Of a stretch of 64,000 nt of DNA, positions 50,861-62,206 are shown piece after piece. The notes under the pieces are model-generated. The model made no database searches, had not been told where the DNA came from, and worked only from the letters and a program-made list of their open reading frames with translations. The translations under genes were made by a program, and so were the position numbers. Source of the DNA: Chiloscyllium plagiosum (lineage: Eukaryota); the NCBI RefSeq assembly GCF_004010195.1, contig NC_057718.1, positions 12,739,949 through 12,803,948 on the forward strand, given 5' to 3'. The stretch's first letter is position 1; every line of letters starts with the position of its first letter.

Positions 50861-52203
50861 AGTGAGGTAAATAAAAGTTGGATAATCTGTTGGATGACAT
50901 AATTATTTGTCAGGCCACTGGGAACAAGTCCTCTGCTCTTCAATTAATGCCATGGGTCTTTAATGTCTACCTGGACAGTACCCAGTGTCTCCGTTTAATG
51001 CTGCATCTAAGAAATTACACTGGGATGATACTCTGCAGTATTTCACTGACATTACTCCAATCGTAGTTCCATGACCTTGAACACTGAGAGAATCAAGAAC
51101 AGCATTATAGTGGGGATCCAGGTTCCCTTCAAAGTCACACACAACCTTCAACTTGGAGATTTATCGCATTCTTCTGTTGTCACTGGGTCAACCATTATCA
51201 CACAATATCATCAATATAAGGATCTGCAATGGATTGGAAACAAAGCCCACCACCTTTCCCAGCTAAGGGTGGGAAATATATGCAAGCTTTGCCCACATCC
51301 TGTTCATGGATTTAAAAACTTTGTTCAAAACATCTAATTGATGGGGGTGGTTAATGCGGGAAGTTGAACTCTTACACTGGTGCTGAACTGCTTCCTCCAC
51401 TGGGGTTTGAACATTAGCAAATTGGCAGGCAGTGTGGAGTCATAGATCTATATATAACTCATGGTATCTGTGAGCTGGAAGGACCTAATTCTGACACTCT
51501 CAGATCAGTAACTAATTCCCTCTGCAAAGTGCCTCAGCACCAGACTTAAAAGAACACCCTCACTGTGTGCCTTTTCACACACCTCTCTGAGTGAGATTAA
51601 TTGGCCCACACCCACTCAGAACTTCTCCAATTCACTCAGCAGAAAACTTTCACAGCTAGCAGACAATGCAGAGTGGACAGGATTCAAACCTGAAAAGAAG
51701 TTGCCTTATCAGTTTCTCTGTTAATTACTTCTGAGCATTGGGCATAAAACTTGGAATGAGGTGTTAATGGAAGTATATTTCAGTGGAGGATATGATATGA
51801 AAGGAATGGTTTATTCAAGTAGACCGAGAGTAATCAATGACCCTCAGAGGGCAGTAACCGTACTGGTTGGTTAACCCAATGTGGTTTTATCAATTGACTT
51901 GATTTTTTTAAATTGCTAGAGTTGAAAATAAATTCCATTTGTATGTTTGGATCTTGTCATCGTATTTATTACTGTTAAACAAAATGTGATAAGTGGCACT
52001 GAATCAGTGTTGTCTCTTAGCATTGTCAGTGCTCAGCTTAACAGATGCACTGAGCATTTATCTCTCATGTGCACTTTAGGAGATCAGTTTTAGCTTAGTT
52101 GTGGCCCTCGTGTTGCCTGAATCAGATGTTCATGGGTTGACATCTAGAGACTTGAGGCATAATTTGGGTCAGTGTAGGACTTGGGAAGAATTTCATTCAG
52201 CCA

Positions 52204-52334
52204 AGGGTGTGGTGCTGGAAAAGCACAGCTGAGGAGCAGGAAAATCAACGTTTCGGGCAAAAGTCCTTCGTCAGGAATTCCAGCACTATACTCTTGGCTC
52301 TAATCTCCAGCATCTGCAGTACTCACTTTTGCCT
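52204..52334. mobile_element. PLE family A mini-insertion (inverted structure, internally deleted) inside a Deu-type SINE
   Basis: Flanking repeat AAGAATTTCATTCA(G/T)CCA (52186-52203, 52335-52352); decayed core on minus from 52274. Confidence 0.75.
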
Positions 52335-53429
52335 AAGAATTTCATTCATCCAGCATCACTGGAAACAACCCTGTATTGTGGGATTTTGCTGTTCTCGGTT
52401 TCCTCCATTACAACAGTAGCTACATTGCAAGGATATTTCATTGGCTGTAAGACGCTTTGGGATGTCATGAGGCTTTGCAAGGCATTATGTAAGTGCAAAT
52501 TATTTCCTTTATCATTCACCTTAACTTAAGCAAGAGAAGGGCTATGATAAGCACACATTAAGATAAGTTGATTTATAAAAAGAATTGTTTAAACTAGGCT
52601 CGGTGCATGGGGTACATCAAGACCTAATACCTGGGGCCCAGGGCTCTAGCGTGCCAGCTGTGCTTGGCCCATAGGAGCAGCAGCAAACCCTGTAATTTCT
52701 GTCCTTGCCCTTGTTTTAAACTATGAAGTCTTTTCCAAACTTATCAGTCCTTCCAATGAAATATAAATGCATCTCAATTATTTTTCCCAGTAACACTAGC
52801 CACATGAAATCTTGGACCTCCCTCCTTGACATTACTGAGGCTATATCTACACCACATGGACTGCTGCAGTTCAGAAAGGTGCCTCACCAGCACCTTCTCA
52901 AGACCAATTTACAGATGAGAAATAAATGGTGGCCCGCCAACAACATCCACATTCTACAAATCCATGAAAAACATTACAACTTTACTGAATAAAATGATGC
53001 AGCATGTTATTCCTATGTTACTCTAGCATACTTCTGAAATTGCTTAGAATTCACACCACTTACAATTTAATACATGATCGGTATTCACTACTTTCCAAAC
53101 TCGTGACTTCTCCAAGTGGAGGAACAAGGGGAGCAGGTTGCTGGTGGCATCCTCGTCATCACCATTCTAACTCAGACTTTTATCACCGTTTCTTCACTGT
53201 CCTCAAGTCAAAATCCCGGAGCTTCCTCCCTCGCAGTACTGTGAGAGCACCTTCACTCCATCAGTTGTGGTCGGGCACAAGATGCAATCTTCAAGGGTAT
53301 CTGGGGGATGGGCAATAGATGCCAACCTTGCTAACGATGCCTGTGTACACAGAATGACATTTCCTTTTACAATGATGTAGCCTTCTTGTTAAATCTTTGT
53401 TTTGATAATTATTTTTAATTTTTAAAAAG

Positions 53430-53610
53430 TTTGCAAAGGAGCGGCACATCAAAGCTGAAAGCTGCACAGTTTACAGTGTTCTGAACGTTCGGGAAGTGGA
53501 TTGCAGCAATACTCTGGAGGACGAATTGGATACGGAACTTCCAGGACAGGCCATTGTTTACCAACCAGCTCGACAGTGCATTTATGGTATTATTCTTTCA
53601 GCTGAATCAA
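53430..53610 (+). CDS. FAM120B: FAM120B exon (FAKERHIKAES..CSNTLEDELDTELPGQAIVYQPARQ..)
   Basis: Acceptor AAG at 53427-53429 (A-rich, weak), donor A|GTAAGG; 181 nt, phase 0/1; CSNTLEDELD motif. Confidence 0.9.
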
Positions 53611-54220
53611 GTAAGGATTCCTGTCGATATTTTGTATCATCTGCCTTTAGAATGCACTGTTTTGTGAAGAACAGCAAGTTTTTGAAAATTACCATACATG
53701 TATTTATACCTGCTGATAGTAATAACAGTCTTGGTGAATCTAGTGGAGTTATTAAGCCTGACAACATGAAGATGTTGAATTATCATGCACAGATACACAT
53801 CAGCTTGAATCCTCAGGTTATTAACTGTAGGATGATTTCTGGATATGCAGCTCCTAGGGGAATTCAGCCATTAAATGGAGATCAGTTTTATCATTGGAGC
53901 TGAAATTAGTTTGCTTTTTGTACACAATCCTGCCACGCTAGTTCTCCTGATGTCACTTGTTCATTTAAATAGACCACTAGAAAAACAACAGAACCAAAGT
54001 AATTGCAGTGTACTTAGTGTTTTGAAGAAGGGTGTTAATCTTCTTGGAGTGTTTCCTCTTTTAAATTCCTTAATTTCAATTCCTTTAAATTCCTAAACTG
54101 TCCAGGTTTGCATTCATAAGCCAGGTCTTTGTGCTCTTCTCTTCTCCAAAACTGTGTGCAAGTTGTTGCAAAAAATGTTTCTGCACGGTGGAAGAGCTCT
54201 GCGATAAATCAGTATGGTGT

Positions 54221-54530
54221 TTAGATTAGATTCCCTACAGTATGGAAACAGGCCATTTGGCCCAACAAGTCCACACTGACCCTCCGAAGAGTAACCCACC
54301 CAGACTCACTTCCGTCTGATTAATGCACCTAACACTATGGGCAATTCAACATGGTCAATTCACTTAACCTGCGCATCTTTTTAGTGTGGGAGGAAACTGG
54401 AGCACCCGGAGGAAACTCACACAGATAGGGAGAGAATGTGCAAACTCCACACAGACAGACGCCCGAGGCTGGAATCAAACTCGAGGTCCTGGTGCTGTGA
54501 GGCAGCAGTGGTAACCACTGTGCCACCGTG
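54221..54530 (-). mobile_element. HE1-type V-SINE
   Basis: Reverse complement of the 34915 element including the (TAATC)n tail. Confidence 0.9.
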
Positions 54531-55179
54531 CTGGCTTACCCTATGGTGTTCTTACCCTATACCATTTGAGTTCCATAGACATTATGCTGGTAAGCCATTA
54601 AAAGCACACATTAAAAGATAATATTCATCAGCTTTCTGTACTTACAGAGAAGTTGTATTGTGCAAACACATTGTTTTTAACATATCGCAGAAAAGAAACA
54701 TCAATTACTGACATAACTCTCTATAATTTAAATTCTACCCTTTTACAAGATTTCCATACATATACAAACAGGCATATGTATAGAAAAGACTCCCTTGAAG
54801 TGGGGGATTTCTGTTATCCAAACATAAGTGTGTAATGTTGATAGTGTAAGGAGCAGTGAGAGACAAGTGTTCCCAAATTATGTTATGGAAACATTCCCAC
54901 AGCAATATGTCCAACAAGGAAGTATGCATTTTTGTACCTGCTCATTGGAAATGTCAGGAGTGGTACATTTAGGAAACTCTGATTAATGTATAATTAGTTT
55001 CAGGATGGTGTTGGAGAATTACATGCAACAATGTAAGAGAAGTCAATTGCAGAGAGCTTAATTCAGTCAGGCAAGAACAGAACTAAGCAGGATTGATTGA
55101 AATAAGAGTTGGTGGGAAAAATAGTCACCTACAAAGAGCAGATGATTCAGACACAACTAAAGTATATTCCTAAAGCGAT

Positions 55180-55612
55180 TTACAAGAATGGTTCCAGTTA
55201 TTCAGATAGATTGAAGAAGTTGGGATTGTTCTCCTTGAAGAGAAGAAGGCTGAGAGGTAATCTGATAGAAACTTCCAAAATCATGAACGGGCTGGACAGA
55301 GTAGACCAGGAGAAGCTGTTCTCGCTTGTAAGAGAAAAAAGAATGGGATGACATAGATTTAAAGTGAAGTGCAATCGAAGAGAAAAAAAAACTTTTCACA
55401 CAATGAGTGTTTATGGTGTGGAATGCATTGCCTGGAATTGTGGTGGAGGCATGTTCAATTACGATATTCACGAGGGCATTGGATGGTTATTTGGGCAGAA
55501 TAGTATGCAGGGATATAGGAGAAAGGCAGAAGAATGGCACTAGGCAATAGAACCACTATAGGGAGATGGGCTGAATGGCCTCCTTCTGCACTGTAACAAT
55601 TCTGAGATTCTT
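55180..55612 (+). mobile_element. CR1 LINE 3' end
   Basis: SYSDRLKKLGLFSLKRRRLRGNLIE; GATGGGCTGAATGGCCTCCTTCTGCACTGT end. Confidence 0.85.
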
Positions 55613-56325
55613 TGAAGACACAACACAGATATCACAAGTGGGAGAGGAACAGAAGATATCAGTGAAGCACGGTTCTGGCACCAGTCTAGATTATAGGCCT
55701 CAATGAGATGTTTTCCTTCCATTGCCTCCCAGTTCTTTCTGACTCTTCGAGGAAAACACAAGGGTATTTTCAAACTTTTGTTACTGGCTGAGGATTCATT
55801 TTTTCAGTATCTGTGAAGGTTGTTCTGCCCTTTCTCCTTTCAAGAAGGGAATTTATAGAAAGAAAGATTAATGAGCTGTTTGGGAAAGACACCCAGACAC
55901 ACATGGAGTTAACAGGACAGATGAGTAAAAGTTTGGTAAATGGGGCAGGTTTTCAGGAGAATCTTAATGGAGGGCAGAGAGTTAGAGAGGAGAAGTGGTT
56001 GAGGACAGAAATTCCACAGAATATGGCCAAGGTAGCTGAATACATGACTGCTGTTAGTCGAGTGCTTAAAATCTGGCAAGATGCTAGAACTGACTTCAGT
56101 TGACATCTAGCAAGTTTGTAGGGCTGGAGGAAGTTATAGAGATAGGGAATGGCAAGACAGTGGAGAACTTGAAATCAACGATGAGAATTATAAAGTTGAG
56201 ATTTTATCAAACCAGAAGCTAGTATTGACCAATAAGCATATTGGGATGATGGGCAAAATGCAGTATAGGATGTCAACAGCGGAGTTATGGATGAGCTCAA
56301 GTTTATGAACAGTAGAAGATGTGAT

Positions 56326-58245
56326 GGGAGAAAGAGAGGACTGCAGATGCTGGAGATCAGAGTTAAAAAGTGTGGTGCTGGAAAAGCACAGCAGGTGAGG
56401 CAGAGGAGCAGGAGAATCGATGTTTCAGGCATAAGCCCTTCATCAGGATTGTGGGGGAGGGGGGGTGCCCAAGGTGGCTGAGAAATAAATAAGAAAGGGG
56501 TGAAGCTGGAGGGTAGATAGCTTGGAAGACGATTGGTAGATTGAGGTGGTGGTGATGGTGATAGTTCGGAATGGAGTGTGGAGCGGATAGCTGGAAAGGA
56601 AGATGGACAGGTAGGACAGTTCAAGAGGGCTATGCTGAGTTGAAGGGTTAGATCTGGGATAAGGTGGGGGGAGGGGAGATGAGGAAACTGGTGAAATCGA
56701 CATTAATGCCATGTGCTTGGAGGTCCCAACGCGGAAGATGAGGTGTTCTTCCTCCAGATGTTGAATGGTTAGAATTTGGCACCGGAGGAGGTCCAGGACT
56801 TGCATGTCCTTGGCAGAGTGGGAGGGGGTGTTGAAGTGGTTGGCCATAGGGTGGTGGGGTTGGTTAGTGTGTGTGTCCCAGAGATGTTCTCTGAAACATT
56901 CCACAAGTTGGCATCCTGTCTCCCCAATGTAGAGGAGAACACATCAACGGCAAAGGACACTATAGAGGAGATGTTTGGATGTGCAAGAAAATCTCTGCCG
57001 GATGTGGAAGGATCCTTTTAGGCCTCGGACAGAGATGTGGGCGCAGGTTTTACACCTCTTGCTATGGCAAGGGAAGGTGGCCGGAGTGGAGGGTGGGTTG
57101 GTTGGGGGTGTGGACCTAACTAGAGAGTCGCAGAGGGAATGGTCTCTGTGGGATGCTGAAAGGGGTGGAGAGGAAAATATCTCTCTGGTGGTGAGGTCTG
57201 ACTGTAGCTGGCAGAAATGGTGGAAGATGATGCGTTGCATCCGGAGATTGGTGGGGTGGAAGGTGAGGACCAGGGGAATTCTATCCTTGTTGCGGTTGGA
57301 CGGGTGGTGTTCAAGGGCAAAGGAACGGGAAGTGGAGGAGATGCGCTGGAGAGCATTGTTGACCACCTGGTGGAGAAATTGCGGTCCTTGAAGCAGGAGG
57401 CATCTGGCATGCTCTGAAGTGGAATTGCTCCTCCTGGGAGCAGATGCAGTGGAGGGGGAGGAGTTAGGAGTAAGGGATAGCATTTTTCGGGGGTGGGGGA
57501 ATGGAGGAGGTTTAGTCCAGGTAGCTGTGGGAGTAGGTGGGTTTGAAGTAGATGTCCATGTTGATTCATTCGCTGGAGATGGAGATAGTTCAGGAAGGGG
57601 AGGGAAGTGTCCAAGATGGTCCAGATAAACTTGAGGTCAAGGTGGAAAGTGTTCGTGAAGTTGATGAACTGTTCAACCTCCTCGTGGGATCATGAGGTGG
57701 CACCGCTACAGTCATCAATGTAGCAGAGGAAAAGGTGGGGGACTGGTGCCAGTGTAACTATGGAGGATGGACTGTTCCATGTACTCGACAAAGAGGCAGG
57801 CCTAGCTGGTATCTATCAGGTGCCCATAGCTACCCCTTTGGTCTGAAGTATTGGGTCTAGAAGGATTCAATGGAGATATTGTTGAGGGTGAGGACCAGTT
57901 CAGCCAATCACATGAGTGTGTCAGTGGAAGGGTACTGGGTGGGTTGGTTGGAGACGAAGAAACTGAGGACTTGGAGGCCTTCGTCATGGCAGTTGGACAT
58001 GTACAGGGACTGGATGTCCATGGTGAAGATGAGACGTTGGGAGAAAGTGAGGACTGCAGATGCTGGAGATCAGAGCTGAAAATGTGTTGCTGGAAAAGCG
58101 CAGCAGGTCAGGCAGCATCCAAGGAGCAGGAGAATCGACGTTTCGGGCATGAGCCCTTCTTCAGCCTTTGGGAGCCAGGGAAACCAAAGTCATGGAGGAG
58201 GTGGAGGGCATGGCTGGTTTTCCGAATGTATGTGTGGAGAAGTTG
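56326..58245 (-). mobile_element. Penelope-like element (Neptune-like, family A), 5'-truncated and frameshifted: RT, Cys linker, GIY-YIG, 3' hammerhead
   Basis: MDIQSLY (58021-58001), GVAMGT (~57836-57819), YIDD (57722-57711), RIPLVLTFHP, CHSKRCKTC, FREHL..PMANHFNTPSH; AATC-CTGATGA-A-GGGC-TTAT-GCCT-GAAAC-ATC-GATT at 56450-56415. Confidence 0.9.
58041..58165 (-). mobile_element. PLE family A solo 3' end nested in the RT region of its own family
   Basis: CTGAAGA-A-GGGC-TCAT-GCCC-GAAAC-GTC from 58164; TTGGGAG on both sides (58037-58043, 58168-58174). Confidence 0.8.
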
Positions 58246-59243
58246 GGATGCCAATCAGTAAAGCATTGGATTGGTCAGATCTAGAGGTAAGAAAGATACA
58301 AAGAGTTCCTCATCCATGGTCCTTTTCTAGTAAATCTGTTTCTCAGCTCTCCAAAACCCTAATGTACTTCACGTGTTAGCCAAGGCAGACTGTTTGGCTA
58401 CAGGTCGTTTGATAACCAAATCCTGTGTCGATCTCTCTCTTGACAACAGTGTAGCCATTCACAACAGGTTAGCACTTTGGAGTGAAAACCCCAAATATGA
58501 CTGTCCTCCTTTGCTGGTAGAGCTGGGGCATCAGAAACATTGTGGTTTTAGTGGCCTGCTGCTGAAATGCGATTAAAAACTAAACATTGAAAATGGTTTC
58601 TCCCTTGATTTAGTTCTCAAACGTGGACCTGTGAGCAGCAGATATCCTCCATTACCATGTTTGTGTGGGGACTGGCTTTTTTTCCATCTTTGACCCTTCC
58701 TACTTATCCTTACTCTACTCCAGATGTGTACGTTTCCAATAGGCCATTGAATAGTAATCAGGAGAAGGACTGTTCCTGGACAATTTTCCTCTCTTTGTGG
58801 CTTGTATCACCCACTGCCCTAACAGTTGAGCCATCATGGAAGATCTCATCTTGATCATTCTAATTTGGTTTCTGATTAATAACATTTGGAAAGAAAAGGC
58901 TTCAAATGTTCACGCCAATGGAGAGAGAACATGGAGAGCTGCTCAACAGAAAGCCCTGTCAAAGAGCCAGCACAGGCTAGATGGGCTGAATAGCCCTCTC
59001 CTGTGATTTGCAGACTTAAGTGTTGTTAGTGCTGCTGTTTTCATTCAACCTATAGTGGTCTCAGATATATGGTGGCTCAGAAATATAATTGTTAAGTCAG
59101 CTCTTTCAGGGAGTTGACATAGATATATAAGGCCGGACAACTTCCTTCCACATTGTAAAATTCGTTTTAAGTTGTACTGAGATCAACTAAAGGTGACTTT
59201 TTTATGATAGCTGATAATCTTATTTAAATTTCTTTGTGTCTAG

Positions 59244-59357
59244 AAAGCCAACTTGAAACTGCCAAAGCATGTCCTATGGTAAAGGAGTGGTTTGTATATC
59301 CAGGCAACATGCTGCAGCAGCCGAATCTTGTGCCAGCGCTAGCACCTGATATACCAG
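59244..59357 (+). CDS. FAM120B: FAM120B exon (..ACPMVKEWFVYPGNMLQQPNLVPALAPDIP)
   Basis: Not in ORF track. Acceptor TGTCTAG, donor G|GTACCA; 114 nt, phase 1/1; VKEWFVYPGN motif. Confidence 0.9.
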
Positions 59358-60514
59358 GTACCACATCATTACCCTCATGTGTTTCAACAAGTTTGACCAG
59401 CCAACAGTAAGGGCTTGCACTGGTATAGTGCCTTTTGTGTCCTCAGGATGGTTCAGTCAACCTGTTAGCATGGGTTAAGAGTTAGTTGGTATATCTAGCT
59501 GTGCTGACCCTGACCTGGGAATGCTTGGTGCCAACACTGACTGCAGAATAAATGGTCCATTTACCAGCACTGTATCCCTTAATCTGATGTATTTATAGGG
59601 TTAGATGGGGAGCAGCAAGCAATTGGGGTTTTATGCAGTACAGTTGCAAGGAAGATACTAAATGTCTGCAAATGTTTCACAGGTATCTGCAAGTGACTAT
59701 TAAATCATATTAGCTTAGCATTACTCACAATATTAACTACAGTTCTCTTGTAATTACATTGTAGCTTCTCCCCTGTTTCTGGAATGGCAAACTACTAGGT
59801 CAAAAGAAAATATATGACTTTGGGAACCTAAAGTAAAAGCAGATAATGCTGGAAATAAGCTGCAGGCCTGACAGAAAGAGGAGTGGGACTTTAAAGAAAA
59901 AGCTAACCTCCTTGGGCCGAGATCCATGGTCAAATCCCAGGGGTCCCATTGCTGAAAGTTAACCTGTCTTTTTAGTTTACAGATGCTAACAAACCTGTTG
60001 TATATCTCTGGCACTCAGTTTTCATCTGAGTGCTCCTAGTGAGAATGCTCCCTAATTATTAAATAAAAAGAGCTTTCTGAGATGCTGCCCTTGCCACTGA
60101 CCTCTGTAAGCTCAGAAAATTCTACTCCATTTGGCAGTGGGGGAATTCACAAGCAGATGTCTGCACGTGTGCAGTTACCTGCAGAGCCTCAAAGGATAGC
60201 AGGAGCCCTGGATGATTTTGTTTCTTCTCTATGGCAGGAGCAGTGAGGCTAATTCTTGTAATCTATCCACTAATCGAGCTATGGTCAGTTAACTTGGCAG
60301 AGAGCAAAAATTGGCAGAACCTTCTCGTCTGTTTGCATCAGGGCAGCTCTTGTCTGTGCTTTTGTTCATTCTTTAATTTACAGAGGAGAATCATAACTTC
60401 TGACGTAGGAGCATAATTGCTACCTCAAAGTTGTGTAGTTGCACTGCAGTAGATCAAAGTATGTTTGAACCTGCTGAAGCAGGTGGTAACCAAATGCAAA
60501 TGTTTTATTTGCAG

Positions 60515-60687
60515 GAGGAACTCCGGATTTACAAACCTTGTGGCTGACAGAAGGGTCAGAGGTTAAGAAATTACGTTACTGCACATTTCTCGCATGTTTT
60601 GGCTTACAGGATTTTGCTGAGGAGTTACTTCCTCTTAAGCTTTCCACTGCTGCTGTTTGCTGCCTGCTGACCTATGTTACACTGCAG
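60515..60687 (+). CDS. FAM120B: FAM120B exon (GGTPDLQTLWL..FLACFGL..VCCLLTYVTLQ)
   Basis: Not in ORF track. Acceptor TTTGCAG, donor CAG|GTAGGG; 173 nt, phase 1/0. Confidence 0.9.
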
Positions 60688-61699
60688 GTAGGGAGAAATG
60701 ATTGTTCCCTTTGATCAACCTCACTTATTTGCAGTCTTAATGGTATAATGGATAGAATATGAGTTTCTACACACAAGTGTAAATCCTGCAACTCAACAGC
60801 AAAATAGAAGTCCGGTCTGCTTCTCAGATGGGGGAAGAGTTAGATTAGGCAGGGAGGGAGAGGGAGTTTAGTGGGGGACAGAGTGAAACTAGACATGGAG
60901 GAATAGAAACACTTCATCAGTACAAGAAGGCACGAAACAGGAAAATAGCTCATGATTTGATAGTGGGAAAAACTCGTTCAGGAAATACCTATTGTGGTTA
61001 ACTAAGATGATCACTCCCCCAGGAGCTTAACTATAAAAGTAGCAGTGTTAAGGTTCACTGATGCCACCAAGTAAGAAACAGTAAGTAATTTTAAGAGAGG
61101 CAGGCTGCACCAGGGTCTTTCAATATTTAAAGCTAAACTAAAAGGTTACTGCACTGTGAGAACTCCACTCTTTAGATTCCATGACATAGGCAGCAGTAGA
61201 GATCACATCATTTGAAAAATGCTGCAGAAGGATTTGAGGGAGCATTTGAAAAAAAATTTCAAAGAAGACAAGCAAATTAAAACTTGGAAGGGGAAACCTT
61301 GGTTGAATTGAAATTATTGTAAATGTCTGAGAGATTGGAGAAGTATGTTACAGACTCTGAGTTAGCATTAAAGGGAGCTTGCTGTATGATGAGATGAGGG
61401 AATACATGAAAACATGAAGGTTAATTTAATGAAATGTCAATCAATTAAATGTAAACTGAGTCTCTCTAAATGATCTCGAGTCATGAGTTGATAAACATAG
61501 CAGAAGACGACTTGACTGAATGTGTTGGGGATGCCTCGAGAGGTTGTGCTCACCTAAACTTGTTGACATCAAGTGATTCGGACCAGGAAATGAAAGTCAT
61601 GACACCCTAGGGAGGTAAGTAACCACAGGACGATCAGATTCAGAATGATCTCCTAATAGAGTGAAAACAACTCAGCATGATGCTTATGACAGAAAGAAA

Positions 61700-62080
61700 A
61701 ACTCACAGTCATACTTTTCATGTCCACCAATCATCTCAGAGTGGGTTATAGCAAATGGAAGTACTTCTAAAGTGTAATCACTTTTGTAATGTTGGAAGTG
61801 CAGCAGCCAATTTCATCCATAGCAGTCCATGACAAACAGTAAGGTGGTAATGACTAGATTCTTTTTTTGTGATGTTGTTTGAGGGATAAATATGGAGCAG
61901 GCATAATGAGTCTGCTCTTCTTTGAAATAGGACATCTATTACACCCACCTGGAAGACGGAAGATGGAGCCTCAGTTTAATATCTCGTCTAAAAGTGGCTT
62001 CTCAGACATTGCAGTATGTCATCAAAGCTGCACTATCTGCCTTGATCTTTGTACTCAAGCCTTGGAGTGGAATTAGAACT
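61700..62080 (-). mobile_element. Deu-domain SINE (SacSINE1/AmnSINE1-like); other fragments ~24400-24530, ~39420-39570, ~50880-51050, ~52080-52510
   Basis: Reverse-strand similarity to GAGACGTTAAACCGAGG..CTATTT.AAGAAGAGC..TTGGCTGC..TTACAACAGTGACTACACTT (consensus recalled from memory). Confidence 0.6.
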
Positions 62081-62113
62081 TAATGTTTAATTATGCTTCA
62101 TTGACTGTTTCAG

Positions 62114-62206
62114 GTAAACACGATCAGTTGGGAGGACCTGGATGCATATTTATCTCAGGCTCTCATTGTCCGGGACAAGACAGCTGATCAGCTTGCTCAG
62201 AGAAAG
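62114..62206 (+). CDS. FAM120B: FAM120B exon (VNTISWEDLDAYLSQALIVRDKTADQLAQRK)
   Basis: Not in ORF track. Acceptor TTTCAG, donor AAG|GTATAT; 93 nt, phase 0/0; gene continues beyond the window. Confidence 0.88.

Noticed and set aside
53611..53903. ORF extension beyond the FAM120B exon at 53430-53610
   Set aside because: Similarity to FAM120B ends at a donor A|GTAAGG whose phase matches the next exon
60512..60517. NAGNAG acceptor CAGGAG
   Set aside because: Distal GAG acceptors are rarely used; no evidence for alternative use
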